Translations under genes and position numbers: made by a program
Notes under the pieces: model-generated
Database searches by the model: none
The model's input: only the letters and a program-made list of their open reading frames with translations
Told to the model about the DNA's origin: nothing
In this document: positions 8,772 to 17,794 of the stretch, in pieces
Layout of the letters: each line of letters opens with the position of its first letter
Numbering within the stretch: position 1 is the stretch's first letter
IMG/VR virus record: IMGVR_UViG_3300022231_000010
Span: 1-64,000 of that record
Source of the DNA: a virus
Strand: one strand, 5' to 3'
Length of the DNA stretch: 64,000 nt

Positions 8772-9310
8772 TTCAGTAGAGCTAGGAACTTATGGGCATC
8801 TTCCAGAGACTCCACTTCTGGGATCTGGAGGCGGGCTTTGGTGAAGGAATGGAAGAATTCCTCATTGGCGTATTCGCCTTTGAGAGATGGGTCCGAATTG
8901 TCCTTCGTGAGACTTATTGCCATATCCCACAACGCTTTGTCGAATTTATTCGCTGCCATGGATAGGAGGGCTAGATAGTCGAAATCAATGTATTCTGGGA
9001 TCTTAGACTCAGAGATTGCCTTTGGATCATTGCCTGAATAGCGCGATGGATCTCTGGAAATCCATGTCATATTAAGGAAATCCCAGATTTTATCCATGGA
9101 GACAGGCTTACCGGCAAGGTTGTAGGTCATGTAGATCATCTCGGCAATTCGCCTTGGCCTGCCTTCAACCAAAGTCTTGCGGCCATTTGCCATGATAGAA
9201 ACAGACCAGCCTCCCTTAGGCGGCATCATTTCCCAAGATCGAATCAATGGGTAATGAACTCCATGTTTGTCGAAAAGGTGTTGGGAAGCAAACAGATCTG
9301 TGCTTGTCAT
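8768..9310 (-). CDS. Hypothetical protein
   Basis: 180-aa ORF coupled on both sides by 4-nt overlaps (terminase and portal). Confidence 0.7.
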   Translation of the reverse strand: MTSTDLFASQHLFDKHGVHYPLIRSWEMMPPKGGWSVSIMANGRKTLVEGRPRRIAEMIYMTYNLAGKPVSMDKIWDFLNMTWISRDPSRYSGNDPKAISESKIPEYIDFDYLALLSMAANKFDKALWDMAISLTKDNSDPSLKGEYANEEFFHSFTKARLQIPEVESLEDAHKFLALLK

Positions 9311-11241
9311 GACTTTAGCCTTCCTACGCTTGGCCTTTTGGAAATCGAATAGATGTCAAATACCTGATTGTGATAGATTGCCACAGCCTCTTTCTTGTTC
9401 CAAGCCAGCTGGAAGCCCCTTCTTCGAGCGTGATGAATCCCCATGGTCAGCGTATCGCTGTCGTCCGGGGACTTTCCTTGGTTCATCTCCTTATACTTCT
9501 CCTTTGTCTCAAGAGCTTCTTTGGCTCCTTTTGCCACAACGCGATGGCGACACATCTGAGCTAGGGCTGGCTGGACTCTCCCCGCCTCCCTGAATTGGCC
9601 TGAGGTGATGACAGCAGCAGTAGTGAAGTAAGTCTCGCAACGAAGGTTGGGGTATTTGTCTTGGGCTGTTTTCCCCTCATGGTCCATCACCATCTCGGTT
9701 GGCTTGTTCATCGTGTCATACGGGACGACATCAACACCAAGGACGGTTACTAGCTCACGGGTGATCTCTCCGCGCATCGACGCATCAAAGCAGAAGTTCC
9801 GGGTCGGGATGTTATGCTTGTGAAGGTATTCCGCGCAGCCTAGGGCGATCTGAAGTTCCTTGGAGAAGACGTCTCCTTCCCTGACAGCGATAGGACTCCT
9901 TGAGAAGCGGTTGATGCGAGCAAGGACTTCTATGGTGATCTTCTCATTGGAAAGAACAGGGATGGTCTCAATTGGGCCGATTGGCCGGATGATGTTCATC
10001 AACTGGCTAGATCCATCATGGGCTTGGACATTAGCCATGCCCCACTCAACTCCGCCGATCTTACAAGGGTCTCCCCCGAATCCGGGGTCACAAGCAGCGG
10101 TTTTCTCCCAATCATTGGTGAATTGGGAGTAGAAATCATCATAGGCTCTGCCTGCCCGAATCTGCTCAGACGTCAGAACGTATTGTTCTCCAGACGAGGT
10201 ATTGGGGAAGGAGCGAACCTGCTCCATGTATTTAGCCCCCTTGTTCGTGTGGGTGGCCTCAATCTGGATGCGTCTTTCCTCACGGAGGAGGTAGGTGTAG
10301 ATGACGCGCTTTTCGAGGACATTCGGACACAGGTGGCCATCCAGACGAAGCGTGATCGAGTTGTAGGCTGACAGCCAGATCAGGTCTTTGTCTGGATCAA
10401 GGTCGTTGTATTCCTTGCCTCTTGGGTCACAGAGAACCCCTTCCATGCCGATCATGGACTTGTAGTTGCAACCCGTCATCCCAAGGAAGTTGTCGTTACC
10501 GGCCACGTTGTCGATGACCTCAAGGAAAGCTTGGGAAGGGAAAACGCCGATCTCGTCAGCAATCAGGATGAAGAATCCTTTGGTTTGGTCCTCGGCCTTG
10601 GTTCCTTGGAACTTGGATACCTGATCCAGACCGATCAGTTTGATGTATCCAGCACCCTCAGAGTTATCCGAGAAGTAGATCGCATTCTCGGTCTTGGCTT
10701 CTTTGAGGGATGGGAAGGCGTCTTTGTGGTGACGCTCGATCTGACGGAAGCCTCGGGTAAGTTCGGTCCAGATCGTGTAGCCCGCCACGTTCTTGTAGGG
10801 AGCGGCCAGATAGGCTACGGAGTATTCCGGGTCCACAGCCAGCATCGTAAGGGCGATACGGGCCATAATTGCGCTCTTACCGGCATTCTGGTGTCCGATG
10901 AAGTTGACGATCTTCTCCCCTGTGGCAATGGAGAGTTCAATGGCGAACATCTCGTCCATGAAGGACGGGGTAATCACCGTAGAAGGAATGAGGAGCCGCA
11001 TGAAGCGAAGGAAGTGGTTCCTCCACGGCTCCCCATATTTGCTGAGCTGGCCGATCTCATTCCTTGGCCACTTGTTCAGGATGGATCTTTCGATCTGGAA
11101 CTCGCTGGCGCTTGGGTTGGTCCGGGCAATCTCAATGTAGTAAGACGGCTTTTTGGGAAGCAATCTCTCCTCAATGTCTTTAGCCGTCCCCTCAAGAGAG
11201 ACGGCTAGAGCAGAGGGAGAGAATTGCTCGATTGAAATCAC
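9307..11241 (-). CDS. terL: Terminase large subunit
   Basis: 644 aa. Walker A GHQNAGKS, Walker B-like FFILIADEIG, and a C-terminal nuclease-sized domain. It sits upstream of the portal gene. Confidence 0.9.
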   Translation of the reverse strand: MISIEQFSPSALAVSLEGTAKDIEERLLPKKPSYYIEIARTNPSASEFQIERSILNKWPRNEIGQLSKYGEPWRNHFLRFMRLLIPSTVITPSFMDEMFAIELSIATGEKIVNFIGHQNAGKSAIMARIALTMLAVDPEYSVAYLAAPYKNVAGYTIWTELTRGFRQIERHHKDAFPSLKEAKTENAIYFSDNSEGAGYIKLIGLDQVSKFQGTKAEDQTKGFFILIADEIGVFPSQAFLEVIDNVAGNDNFLGMTGCNYKSMIGMEGVLCDPRGKEYNDLDPDKDLIWLSAYNSITLRLDGHLCPNVLEKRVIYTYLLREERRIQIEATHTNKGAKYMEQVRSFPNTSSGEQYVLTSEQIRAGRAYDDFYSQFTNDWEKTAACDPGFGGDPCKIGGVEWGMANVQAHDGSSQLMNIIRPIGPIETIPVLSNEKITIEVLARINRFSRSPIAVREGDVFSKELQIALGCAEYLHKHNIPTRNFCFDASMRGEITRELVTVLGVDVVPYDTMNKPTEMVMDHEGKTAQDKYPNLRCETYFTTAAVITSGQFREAGRVQPALAQMCRHRVVAKGAKEALETKEKYKEMNQGKSPDDSDTLTMGIHHARRRGFQLAWNKKEAVAIYHNQVFDIYSISKRPSVGRLKS

Positions 11242-11561
11242 TTGGACTTCTTAGCGGCTTTCTTTGCTGCCTTTTTGGCAGGCTTGCGGGCCTTGGCTTC
11301 AGCTTTGTTTTCCTCCGGGGTCTTATAAGCATCATCGCTGACGATGACCTTTGGTCCCTTTGGATTCTCTTCATCGAATGGGATTGCCACGATGAAGAAC
11401 TGGATTCCGGAGTATTTAGCTCCGACCTTCTGCTTCTTTCGGATGAAGCCTGCGTGGGTGGTGACACTTGTCAGGCCATCATCGGAAAGGGCGCTGCGAT
11501 AGGCTCTCTCTTTGGCTGCTGCAAGGCTTTGTGGACTCAGTGGTGTGGTTGGCCAACTCAT
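11238..11561 (-). CDS. Hypothetical basic protein (possible DNA-binding or small-terminase role)
   Basis: 107 aa, directly upstream of and coupled to terL. Lys/Ala-rich tail KAEAKARKPAKKAAKKAAKKSK. The function is inferred from position only. Confidence 0.55.
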   Translation of the reverse strand: MSWPTTPLSPQSLAAAKERAYRSALSDDGLTSVTTHAGFIRKKQKVGAKYSGIQFFIVAIPFDEENPKGPKVIVSDDAYKTPEENKAEAKARKPAKKAAKKAAKKSK

Positions 11562-11565
11562 TGTA

Positions 11566-11868
11566 TTATTTCTCTAGGATTTCCCAGTCTTCTGCGAGGA
11601 TGTCTGTTTGGGATGCCAGCCATCCGGTAAGGATCTTCTTATCTGCGGTGAACATTCGGATGGAACCATAAGCGTCAAACGTGTCGCCACCAACCTCGGA
11701 TTCAATGACTGCCCTAAGAGCTGGATCATGGATAACCTTGGTTGGGATTCCATCAGATGCAGGCAGCAAGAATAGGAACATGCCTTTCCCGTTCCAGCCC
11801 AGACGGGCTACTCGCTTGCCTTGCTTGAGAGCCTCAATGGCTTCTCCGAATGTGTATAGTGGAGTCAT
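11566..11868 (-). CDS. DUF2829 family protein (Tad2-like, candidate anti-Thoeris sponge)
   Basis: 100 aa. FGEAIEALKQGKRVARLGWNGKGMFLFL ... GWLASQTDILAEDWEILE matches the DUF2829 signature as I remember it (GWNGKGM and SQTDxLAEDW). Confidence 0.75.
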   Translation of the reverse strand: MTPLYTFGEAIEALKQGKRVARLGWNGKGMFLFLLPASDGIPTKVIHDPALRAVIESEVGGDTFDAYGSIRMFTADKKILTGWLASQTDILAEDWEILEK

Positions 11869-12026
11869 TATCGGTTTTCTTTCAGGGTTCGGATTGCTTC
11901 TTCGATTTCCTTGGCTTCCACGGCGAGCCGGTTGGCCTCAGAGACTTTCTTTTCTTGGGATGCAATAGCTTGATTCGTCAGGGTTGACTCAAGGTTTGCT
12001 GTGAGAATGGCGATGGCGGTGTTCAT
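11868..12026 (-). CDS. Hypothetical small coiled-coil protein (52 aa, below the ORF-track cutoff)
   Basis: Hand translation gives MNTAIAILTANLESTLTNQAIASQEKKVSEANRLAVEAKEIEEAIRTLKENR*. Its ATG overlaps the upstream stop (ATGA) and its TAA overlaps the DUF2829 ATG (TAATG). Confidence 0.4.
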   Translation of the reverse strand: MNTAIAILTANLESTLTNQAIASQEKKVSEANRLAVEAKEIEEAIRTLKENR

Positions 12027-12322
12027 GGTGAGATGATGTGGCCGTTGTGTTTGTCCGTTCGGAAGCGGGCCAGATTCATGCTTCCAGCGGTGTTTTGGGC
12101 CCAGACAGCTTCTCCGTTCTCATGACGGATAATGCCACCCGGAAGGATATGAAGCCTTTGGATTGTCTTCATGAAGCCCATGAAGTGAGGTTGGATCTCC
12201 CTTGGGGAGACACCAAACTTTTCAGCGATCTCAGAAGTCTTTGGCAGCCGCTTTTGCTTCTTGATGAAAGCTTCAATGGCTACCCGGACTTCATTCCGGT
12301 CTAGTTTCTTTCGTTCTGTCAT
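12023..12322 (-). CDS. Hypothetical protein with a possible helix-turn-helix
   Basis: 99 aa. The KTSEIAEKFGVSPREIQ segment looks HTH-like. Confidence 0.6.
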   Translation of the reverse strand: MTERKKLDRNEVRVAIEAFIKKQKRLPKTSEIAEKFGVSPREIQPHFMGFMKTIQRLHILPGGIIRHENGEAVWAQNTAGSMNLARFRTDKHNGHIISP

Positions 12323-13062
12323 AGGTCAATGATCTCTCCTTTTGCCTTCTTGGCTTTGTCTTCGGTATTGGCTGGGGCCGTGAGCTTCTCGATGGTCTTC
12401 TTGGTGACTTGCTTGCGGGCGGCGTGTTGTTCAGCCGTGTAGAAGTCCAGACCAACCATTGAGTCGATCATCTTGCGGATCGCGTTGATATTGTTGATGG
12501 CTCCGGTCTGGGCCATTGATCCAACAGGAAGCTTGGCGATCTTGGAGAGGATCTCTGCCTCGGCCTGCCGTAGGTCTGCAAGCGTGGTCATCCTCCGATC
12601 CCTCTCCTCCTTGATCTTCTCCATATCGAAATGCTCGATCAGGGAGATCATGGATGGCTGGGCCATCTGGAGAAGCTGTTGCTTGAATTGGTCCCAGCCG
12701 TCAGATGTCTTTACGTTGGTGATCCACTCGGATGTTAGTCCTGTGATTTCAGAGCATTCCTTTATGCTCTTGTTGTGATGGATGTAGAGGATGCAGCAGT
12801 CGATCATCTGCTGCATTCGGCGATTCGTGGCCTCGGGAATGGGTGTCACGGTTCCGAATCTAGCAATGAAATAGGACTCTGTGATGTTCCTTGGCTCGAT
12901 TGTTCCCGGCTTAAGAGACTTCTCCGACTTGCGGGAAAAAGCACCAAGGGCTACTTCCTTAAAGCCCGGAGGCCTTTTGGTTTCGCCATTTTGCTTCTTT
13001 CCTCTCTTGGAGCCTACGTTCCTAGGGGTCAGCGGATCGAGTATGGAATCTTGTTCACTCAC
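12319..13062 (-). CDS. Hypothetical HTH and coiled-coil protein (possible small terminase)
   Basis: 247 aa. SIKECSEITGLTSEWITNV looks HTH-like and is followed by a charged helical region. The function is a guess. Confidence 0.55.
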   Translation of the reverse strand: MSEQDSILDPLTPRNVGSKRGKKQNGETKRPPGFKEVALGAFSRKSEKSLKPGTIEPRNITESYFIARFGTVTPIPEATNRRMQQMIDCCILYIHHNKSIKECSEITGLTSEWITNVKTSDGWDQFKQQLLQMAQPSMISLIEHFDMEKIKEERDRRMTTLADLRQAEAEILSKIAKLPVGSMAQTGAINNINAIRKMIDSMVGLDFYTAEQHAARKQVTKKTIEKLTAPANTEDKAKKAKGEIIDL

Positions 13063-13967
13063 CAGACGACTTCGATTTGTGGAAGATTGTGATGCGGGCA
13101 GTTGTCCCAGTAGTCCCGGCGCTCTCTTGCTTCGTAGAAAGCAGGGTCGCCAAGCACCATATTCTGATCATAGATCCGGTCAAGACCATGGCCAAAGCCC
13201 ATCCAATAGACCATGGACAACGCTCTCTCAAGTCCTTTTAGGGCTTGCTCTCTTGCATGAAGATGGAAGCGGACTGGTTGGACATGGAATGGAGATTCGG
13301 TTCCGACGAACACAAACTTGAATTCCTTGATGTCCACTCCGTTAGCCCGTCCCATCAGAGTGTAGAGAGCATCTTGCCAGTGATAGGCCAGATCCCGGCA
13401 GGTGTGGACGATATCATTTGGGTTCTGACGACCGGTGGTCTTGAGATCGTAGATGGTGTCACCAACAAGGAAGTCCAAGCGAGCCTTCAGAGGTATCCAT
13501 AATTCGCCCAGAGGGCCCCTCAGAAGGACAGCATGCTTGAAGATGCGTTGTGGTTCACCTTGGAGCATGATCGCCCCTTCAGCGTTGTTCTGGAGGGCAT
13601 TAAGGCACTCGTTAGCTCGGTCCAGATCTTTCTGTGCGATGCACTCGGCTCCGATGGCTTCAGCAAGCTTCACGGCTTCCAGCCAGCCCTTCTTCCTCTT
13701 GTCCGTTTCTTGCGAAACATAGTAGAGATCATTGAAGCGGTGGGGCTCAGTCGCCAAGATATCCACCAGAGATCCGAACTTCACGGCTTCGGACGACATG
13801 AATGGCTTGTGTGCGATGAACCCCACCGGATCGAAAGCCATCGACTTGAGAGCGGACTTGCTCCAGACGCCATGGTGGGGATCACGGGCTGAGGCTGTAT
13901 GCGAGTAGTAGTTCTCGTCGTTGATTACAGCCAGCCGATCCAGTGCCTCTTGTTTGGTTTTATACAT
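13059..13967 (-). CDS. PD-(D/E)XK exonuclease (RecE / exonuclease VIII-like fold)
   Basis: 302 aa. KFGSLVDILATEPHRF plus KARLDFLVGDTIYDLKTTG...LAYHWQDALY fit the D...(D/E)xK nuclease family pattern. Confidence 0.7.
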   Translation of the reverse strand: MYKTKQEALDRLAVINDENYYSHTASARDPHHGVWSKSALKSMAFDPVGFIAHKPFMSSEAVKFGSLVDILATEPHRFNDLYYVSQETDKRKKGWLEAVKLAEAIGAECIAQKDLDRANECLNALQNNAEGAIMLQGEPQRIFKHAVLLRGPLGELWIPLKARLDFLVGDTIYDLKTTGRQNPNDIVHTCRDLAYHWQDALYTLMGRANGVDIKEFKFVFVGTESPFHVQPVRFHLHAREQALKGLERALSMVYWMGFGHGLDRIYDQNMVLGDPAFYEARERRDYWDNCPHHNLPQIEVVW

Positions 13968-14532
13968 GGGGCTTTTCTACAGCGGTCTGGACCAGTTGGT
14001 CAAGAGGAATTCCGAGTAGAATTGAGATTACTGGAGCCAGCAGTCTTCGATCTTCCAGAGGATGGAGATGCAGAAGAAAGCGGCCAAGAGTCACCAGAGG
14101 TTCTGGCTGCGCCACGATTTGAGAGATGATGGTCTGGATTTGGCGCGATGCGCGGGTTCCGTCAGAAAAGATATCCCTAGTCACCCTTTCAGCACAATCT
14201 TTCGTAGCTTGCTGGACCGCTTGTCGCGAATTCAAATGGGTGACACCCAGCCGAGATTGGTGGGTCTGGTGCTTCTCCATCAGCTCTTGGATGTCCTTGA
14301 GGGATGACACACCATAGGTTCCAATGGCAATTGGACGGGCGGACATCTTCCGAGACTTCAGAACAGGCTTAGGCTTCTTGGCCTTGAACAAGGCTCTGGC
14401 GAATTTGACATCCACATGAACGGGCGGATCGCCTTCGTTATGGGTGACAGGTTTTCCAATGATGGCTGCATAGACTGAGGCCAAGAGCTTCTTGACCCCA
14501 CCTTGCTTGTAGGTGGTGGCTTGGTGTTTCAT
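13960..14532 (-). CDS. Hypothetical protein, first gene of the leftward arm
   Basis: 190-aa ORF that abuts the divergent control region. Confidence 0.65.
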   Translation of the reverse strand: MKHQATTYKQGGVKKLLASVYAAIIGKPVTHNEGDPPVHVDVKFARALFKAKKPKPVLKSRKMSARPIAIGTYGVSSLKDIQELMEKHQTHQSRLGVTHLNSRQAVQQATKDCAERVTRDIFSDGTRASRQIQTIISQIVAQPEPLVTLGRFLLHLHPLEDRRLLAPVISILLGIPLDQLVQTAVEKPHV

Positions 14533-15136
14533 AAATCAAAGGTAGTTGCTTCCGGTTGTTCAATGAGGGGAAACTACCAACCCGGTCCAGAGATCTCCTA
14601 CTGGCTCCTATTTCCCGGAAGCAAGAGAGGTATAGAGGAGAAGAGAAGACCAAGTCAAGAGAGACTCTTCAGAGGGTTGTATTTCGCGTTCGCTTCATTG
14701 TTTTGAAGAGGAATCCGAAGAAGAGAGAAGCTAAGACTCTCTATCGGAGTATCCATAGGATACTCCTCTAAGAAGCTAAGATCCTAATCTAGTGTCACCC
14801 ATAAGAGCTAAGACCCGACTGGAGAGGAGGCGAAGAGCATATCCCAGAGCTTTAGCGTAAGCTGAAGCGTAGGGATAGCCGAGTCCTCATCGCAAGGAGG
14901 ACTCTAGAGAGAGAGCTTAGAAGAGAGAGACGCGAAGGCTGGAACTATTTTCATTTTGAAGCAAGCTCTGATTTTTTGGCCATTGATAATCAAAGAGAAA
15001 TAGATCCAAAGGCTGCAAATGACCGGTTGACAGGATTTCCTGACTCGATTTTCCCGTAAAAATTCAGATGTTCAGTGCTGTTAGAGACTTATGAAAAAAG
15101 AAGGGCCGATTTGGCTGCGGGTCGTTTTGTCTTTCG
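14533..15136. promoter_or_regulatory. Divergent intergenic control region (promoters, possibly the origin)
   Basis: 604 bp with no credible ORF. All genes to the left are on the minus strand; all genes to the right, up to 39958, are on the plus strand. It contains 9-bp and 8-bp inverted repeats, three AGCTAAGA repeats and purine-rich AGAGAG tracts. Confidence 0.55.
14746..14766. promoter_or_regulatory. Perfect 9-bp inverted repeat (operator-like)
   Basis: GGAGTATCC ATA GGATACTCC, read directly from the sequence. Confidence 0.5.
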
Positions 15137-15451
15137 GTGGATCAAATCATCATGTATGTTGTCCACATGAAGCCAAGAAACCCTGACAAGTATAAGGCCA
15201 CGCCTGCTAATATAGCCAGAGCCAAGAAGCTATTGAGCTGGGCAGCCAAGAAGGAAGCTCCTTCCGCTATGGCATGGGCAGAGAGGCAGATTGCCATCGA
15301 GTGTGGTCTTGATCTTGAGATGAAGCCGCTTACACCGCATACAGCTCTTCAGGTGATTACCAAGCATCATCCCAAGAACCTTCACAAGAGGGCAATGCCC
15401 AACACTACCTTCTGGAATAACGTCAGATCCAAGACTAGAGAGGATTTTTAA
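15137..15451 (+). CDS. Hypothetical protein (start uncertain)
   Basis: 104-aa ORF, first on the rightward arm. Internal Met codons exist close to the start. Confidence 0.55.
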   Translation: MDQIIMYVVHMKPRNPDKYKATPANIARAKKLLSWAAKKEAPSAMAWAERQIAIECGLDLEMKPLTPHTALQVITKHHPKNLHKRAMPNTTFWNNVRSKTREDF

Positions 15452-15495
15452 ATTTTTCTCTTTACTCTCTTCCGTCATGGTGTCAGATTACCCCC

Positions 15496-15771
15496 ATGAC
15501 CAAACGACACCACCTGCGACCCGGAGAGAAATTCCGGAAGATGCCCGGCTACCCCCATGTCCTGATCTCCAACTACGGGAGAGTCTGGAACTCCAAGACT
15601 GAGAAATGGATCACGATCTCTTGGAGAAGAGGCGCTCTCTCTGAGAAGATCGCTCCTAAGATCTCCATCACGGACAAGTCCTTGAAGTATTTCAAGAAGA
15701 CCGTGAACCTGAAGCCTCTGGTGAAACAGGTCTGGCCAAGGACCGAGATCGACTGGACCCTCTTGATGTAA
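15496..15771 (+). CDS. NUMOD4-like small protein with no nuclease domain
   Basis: 91 aa. GYPHVLISNYGRVWN resembles the NUMOD4 motif found N-terminal to HNH_3 homing endonucleases. No HNH motif is present. Confidence 0.5.
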   Translation: MTKRHHLRPGEKFRKMPGYPHVLISNYGRVWNSKTEKWITISWRRGALSEKIAPKISITDKSLKYFKKTVNLKPLVKQVWPRTEIDWTLLM

Positions 15772-15788
15772 TCTTACCTACCACCCAA

Positions 15789-16031
15789 ATGAACCAAGAC
15801 CAACAAGCCGCCAAAGCCCTGCTTGAGACACAATTCAAAGTCCTGAGCCGCGCTGAAATCGCCGTATGCGAATACGTGATCGAGTATGGATGCCTGCCAA
15901 GGCCTACCTACAAGAAGCTCAATGATCCCATTGAGAGCGAAGCAAACACCATCAGACAAGAGAGAGCCCATCTCTTCGAGTCTCTCAAAGTCCAATTCTC
16001 CAAAGAAATCGCCAGCTATGTTCAGCGTTGA
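15789..16031 (+). CDS. Hypothetical protein
   Basis: 80-aa ORF. Confidence 0.6.
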   Translation: MNQDQQAAKALLETQFKVLSRAEIAVCEYVIEYGCLPRPTYKKLNDPIESEANTIRQERAHLFESLKVQFSKEIASYVQR

Positions 16032-16278
16032 AATCAAAATCAATGGAAGGCTGGTTACTCATATCTACGGCCACAACGCCACCGCCTTTCCGACTGACGA
16101 AGGTCTTAACTACTACGAATATGAGCTGTATAAGGTGAACCACGGAGGCCTTACCTCAGGCAGTGTCACCCACGCAGCCGAAGAAGGAATCGAGAAGCTT
16201 GTCCAACTAATCCTAAGCAAAGAACTAAACAATGCAAAAGCCAAAAGCCAACCTGATCTTCATCCACGCCAAGCCTGA
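16018..16278 (+). CDS. Hypothetical protein
   Basis: Internal ATG (16018) of track ORF 15886..16278, giving MFSVEIKINGRLVTHIYGHN... This start avoids a long overlap with 15789..16031. Confidence 0.55.
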   Translation: MFSVEIKINGRLVTHIYGHNATAFPTDEGLNYYEYELYKVNHGGLTSGSVTHAAEEGIEKLVQLILSKELNNAKAKSQPDLHPRQA

Positions 16279-16372
16279 TGGCCGCATCAAGCTGGAGTAT
16301 GACGATGGGAAGATCGTCTGCTACAACGCCAGAAACCGGAAGATCCCAGAATCCAAGCACGCAAAGAAATGA
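16232..16372 (+). CDS. Hypothetical small protein (46 aa, below the cutoff)
   Basis: MQKPKANLIFIHAKPDGRIKLEYDDGKIVCYNARNRKIPESKHAKK*. Its stop overlaps the rusA ATG (ATGA). It overlaps the 3' end of 16018..16278. Confidence 0.3.
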   Translation: MQKPKANLIFIHAKPDGRIKLEYDDGKIVCYNARNRKIPESKHAKK

Positions 16373-16824
16373 TCGAGATCCCCAAACTACCATTCGAGCG
16401 ATCAGTAATCGGCCTCCCAAGGCCGCAGCCAAGGCCCAGAGCCTTTGTCCGCAAAGGCAAGGACGGGACGTTCCGCGCTGCTACCTACGAAGCGGGGACG
16501 GCTGAGGCGTGGAAATCTGATATCGCTACCGCCTTCAAAGATCTTGCCGGGGCTCGTATCTCGCATCCCATTGATCTCAGGATTCGATTCTACATGCCTC
16601 GCCCGAAATCTCATTTCAAGAAAGATGGATCGTTTTCCAGCGAAGCCTTCTGCTCTCACCTCAAGACCCCCGATTTGGACAACCTTGAGAAAGCCGTCAT
16701 GGATGCTCTCACCCATATCGGGGTTTGGGTGGATGACAGCTACGTAGTCGAGAAGCACACCTACAAAGACTGGCAGAAGCATGGAGAGCCTGCTGGAGCC
16801 TACATCACCATCCAATACGCATGA
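16369..16824 (+). CDS. rusA: RusA-family Holliday junction resolvase
   Basis: 151 aa. PRPQPRPRAF..., KTPDLDNLEKAVMDALTHIGVWVDDSYVV match the RusA catalytic-Asp pattern. Confidence 0.85.
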   Translation: MIEIPKLPFERSVIGLPRPQPRPRAFVRKGKDGTFRAATYEAGTAEAWKSDIATAFKDLAGARISHPIDLRIRFYMPRPKSHFKKDGSFSSEAFCSHLKTPDLDNLEKAVMDALTHIGVWVDDSYVVEKHTYKDWQKHGEPAGAYITIQYA

Positions 16825-17360
16825 ACACCCCCTACAAATATGTCATCCTGTCCACCCCGAGATCCATGAGCTACTGGCTCGCGGAGTTTCTTGGATTCGA
16901 CCATGATGCCTCCACGACCTACAAGGACGGGAAGTGGGAGCAGAAGAGCGAAGGCTTGGTGGATACAGGGATTTATCTGAATGAGGAGATGATGTCGTCC
17001 ATGACCGACGAGAATACCAAGTTTGGATCTCTCAGAAGAAGCACGAAGTCCCTTGCTTGGAGCTATCAGAAGAACTTTTGGCTGACTGAATACCAATCCA
17101 GATTGCTTTCTCTTGAGCAGAACGCCACGCTTGAAAGAGCAGCATGGCTTCGTCTCGATGGACAAAGGTCCATCTTTCGTAGCGATTACCCAATCCTTCC
17201 ATCCAGCCTCAGAAAGATTACCAAAGAGCTAGGCTTTAAATGGGATGAAGAGAAAGTAAAAAAATCCCTTGACGAGAGATTGGATAAGCTGGATGATCCT
17301 GCGTATCGAAGCCAGTGCCTTGAGATGCTTGGCCAGATCTTCAACCTACCACAACAATGA
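16821..17360 (+). CDS. Hypothetical protein
   Basis: 179-aa ORF with 4-nt overlaps on both sides. Confidence 0.7.
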   Translation: MNTPYKYVILSTPRSMSYWLAEFLGFDHDASTTYKDGKWEQKSEGLVDTGIYLNEEMMSSMTDENTKFGSLRRSTKSLAWSYQKNFWLTEYQSRLLSLEQNATLERAAWLRLDGQRSIFRSDYPILPSSLRKITKELGFKWDEEKVKKSLDERLDKLDDPAYRSQCLEMLGQIFNLPQQ

Positions 17361-17794
17361 CCTTAGCTATCCTAGCCCTCAAGCGGCTGATCCAGCAGAT
17401 GCTGGCGAACCTTCAGTTCTATCCAAAAGGAGAAGATCTCAGGCAAGTCCGCTCCGCTGTGCATTCCTACCGCAAAGCAGTTCACGTATTGGAACGACAT
17501 GAAAAGAACGCCACTACGCCGAAAGGCTCGCTTGAAGACGTCATCGCTGAAGCCAAAGCCGTCATGGAAGAGCTTGAAAGCGAAAGGTTCAACCAAGCGA
17601 TCCAGCCTAAAGCCAGTGTCGGACAAGAGGAAGAAGTGGCTCCAAGAATACTCAGCACTGAAGAAGTTGCTAGGATTGAGTCAGAGCTGCGCCGTCTGTG
17701 GCCGACCGATCCAGATGGGAATGGGAGCGTCGTGGCACCATCCCTCGGGCAGGAGAACGAAAGCAGACCTGCTAACGATCATCCCGGTGTGTGA
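17357..17794 (+). CDS. Hypothetical protein whose 3' 296 nt overlap the HNH gene in another frame
   Basis: 145-aa ORF. The start is coupled (ATGA) to the upstream gene. The first stop in frame is at 17794, inside the HNH gene. Confidence 0.4.
   Translation: MTLAILALKRLIQQMLANLQFYPKGEDLRQVRSAVHSYRKAVHVLERHEKNATTPKGSLEDVIAEAKAVMEELESERFNQAIQPKASVGQEEEVAPRILSTEEVARIESELRRLWPTDPDGNGSVVAPSLGQENESRPANDHPGV

Noticed and set aside
14503-14771. Plus-strand ORFs 14503..14706 and 14556..14771 in the divergent control region.
   Set aside because: Their translations are Arg/Lys-rich and random-looking, arising from purine tracts. They have no RBS or coupling, and the region is better explained as regulatory DNA.
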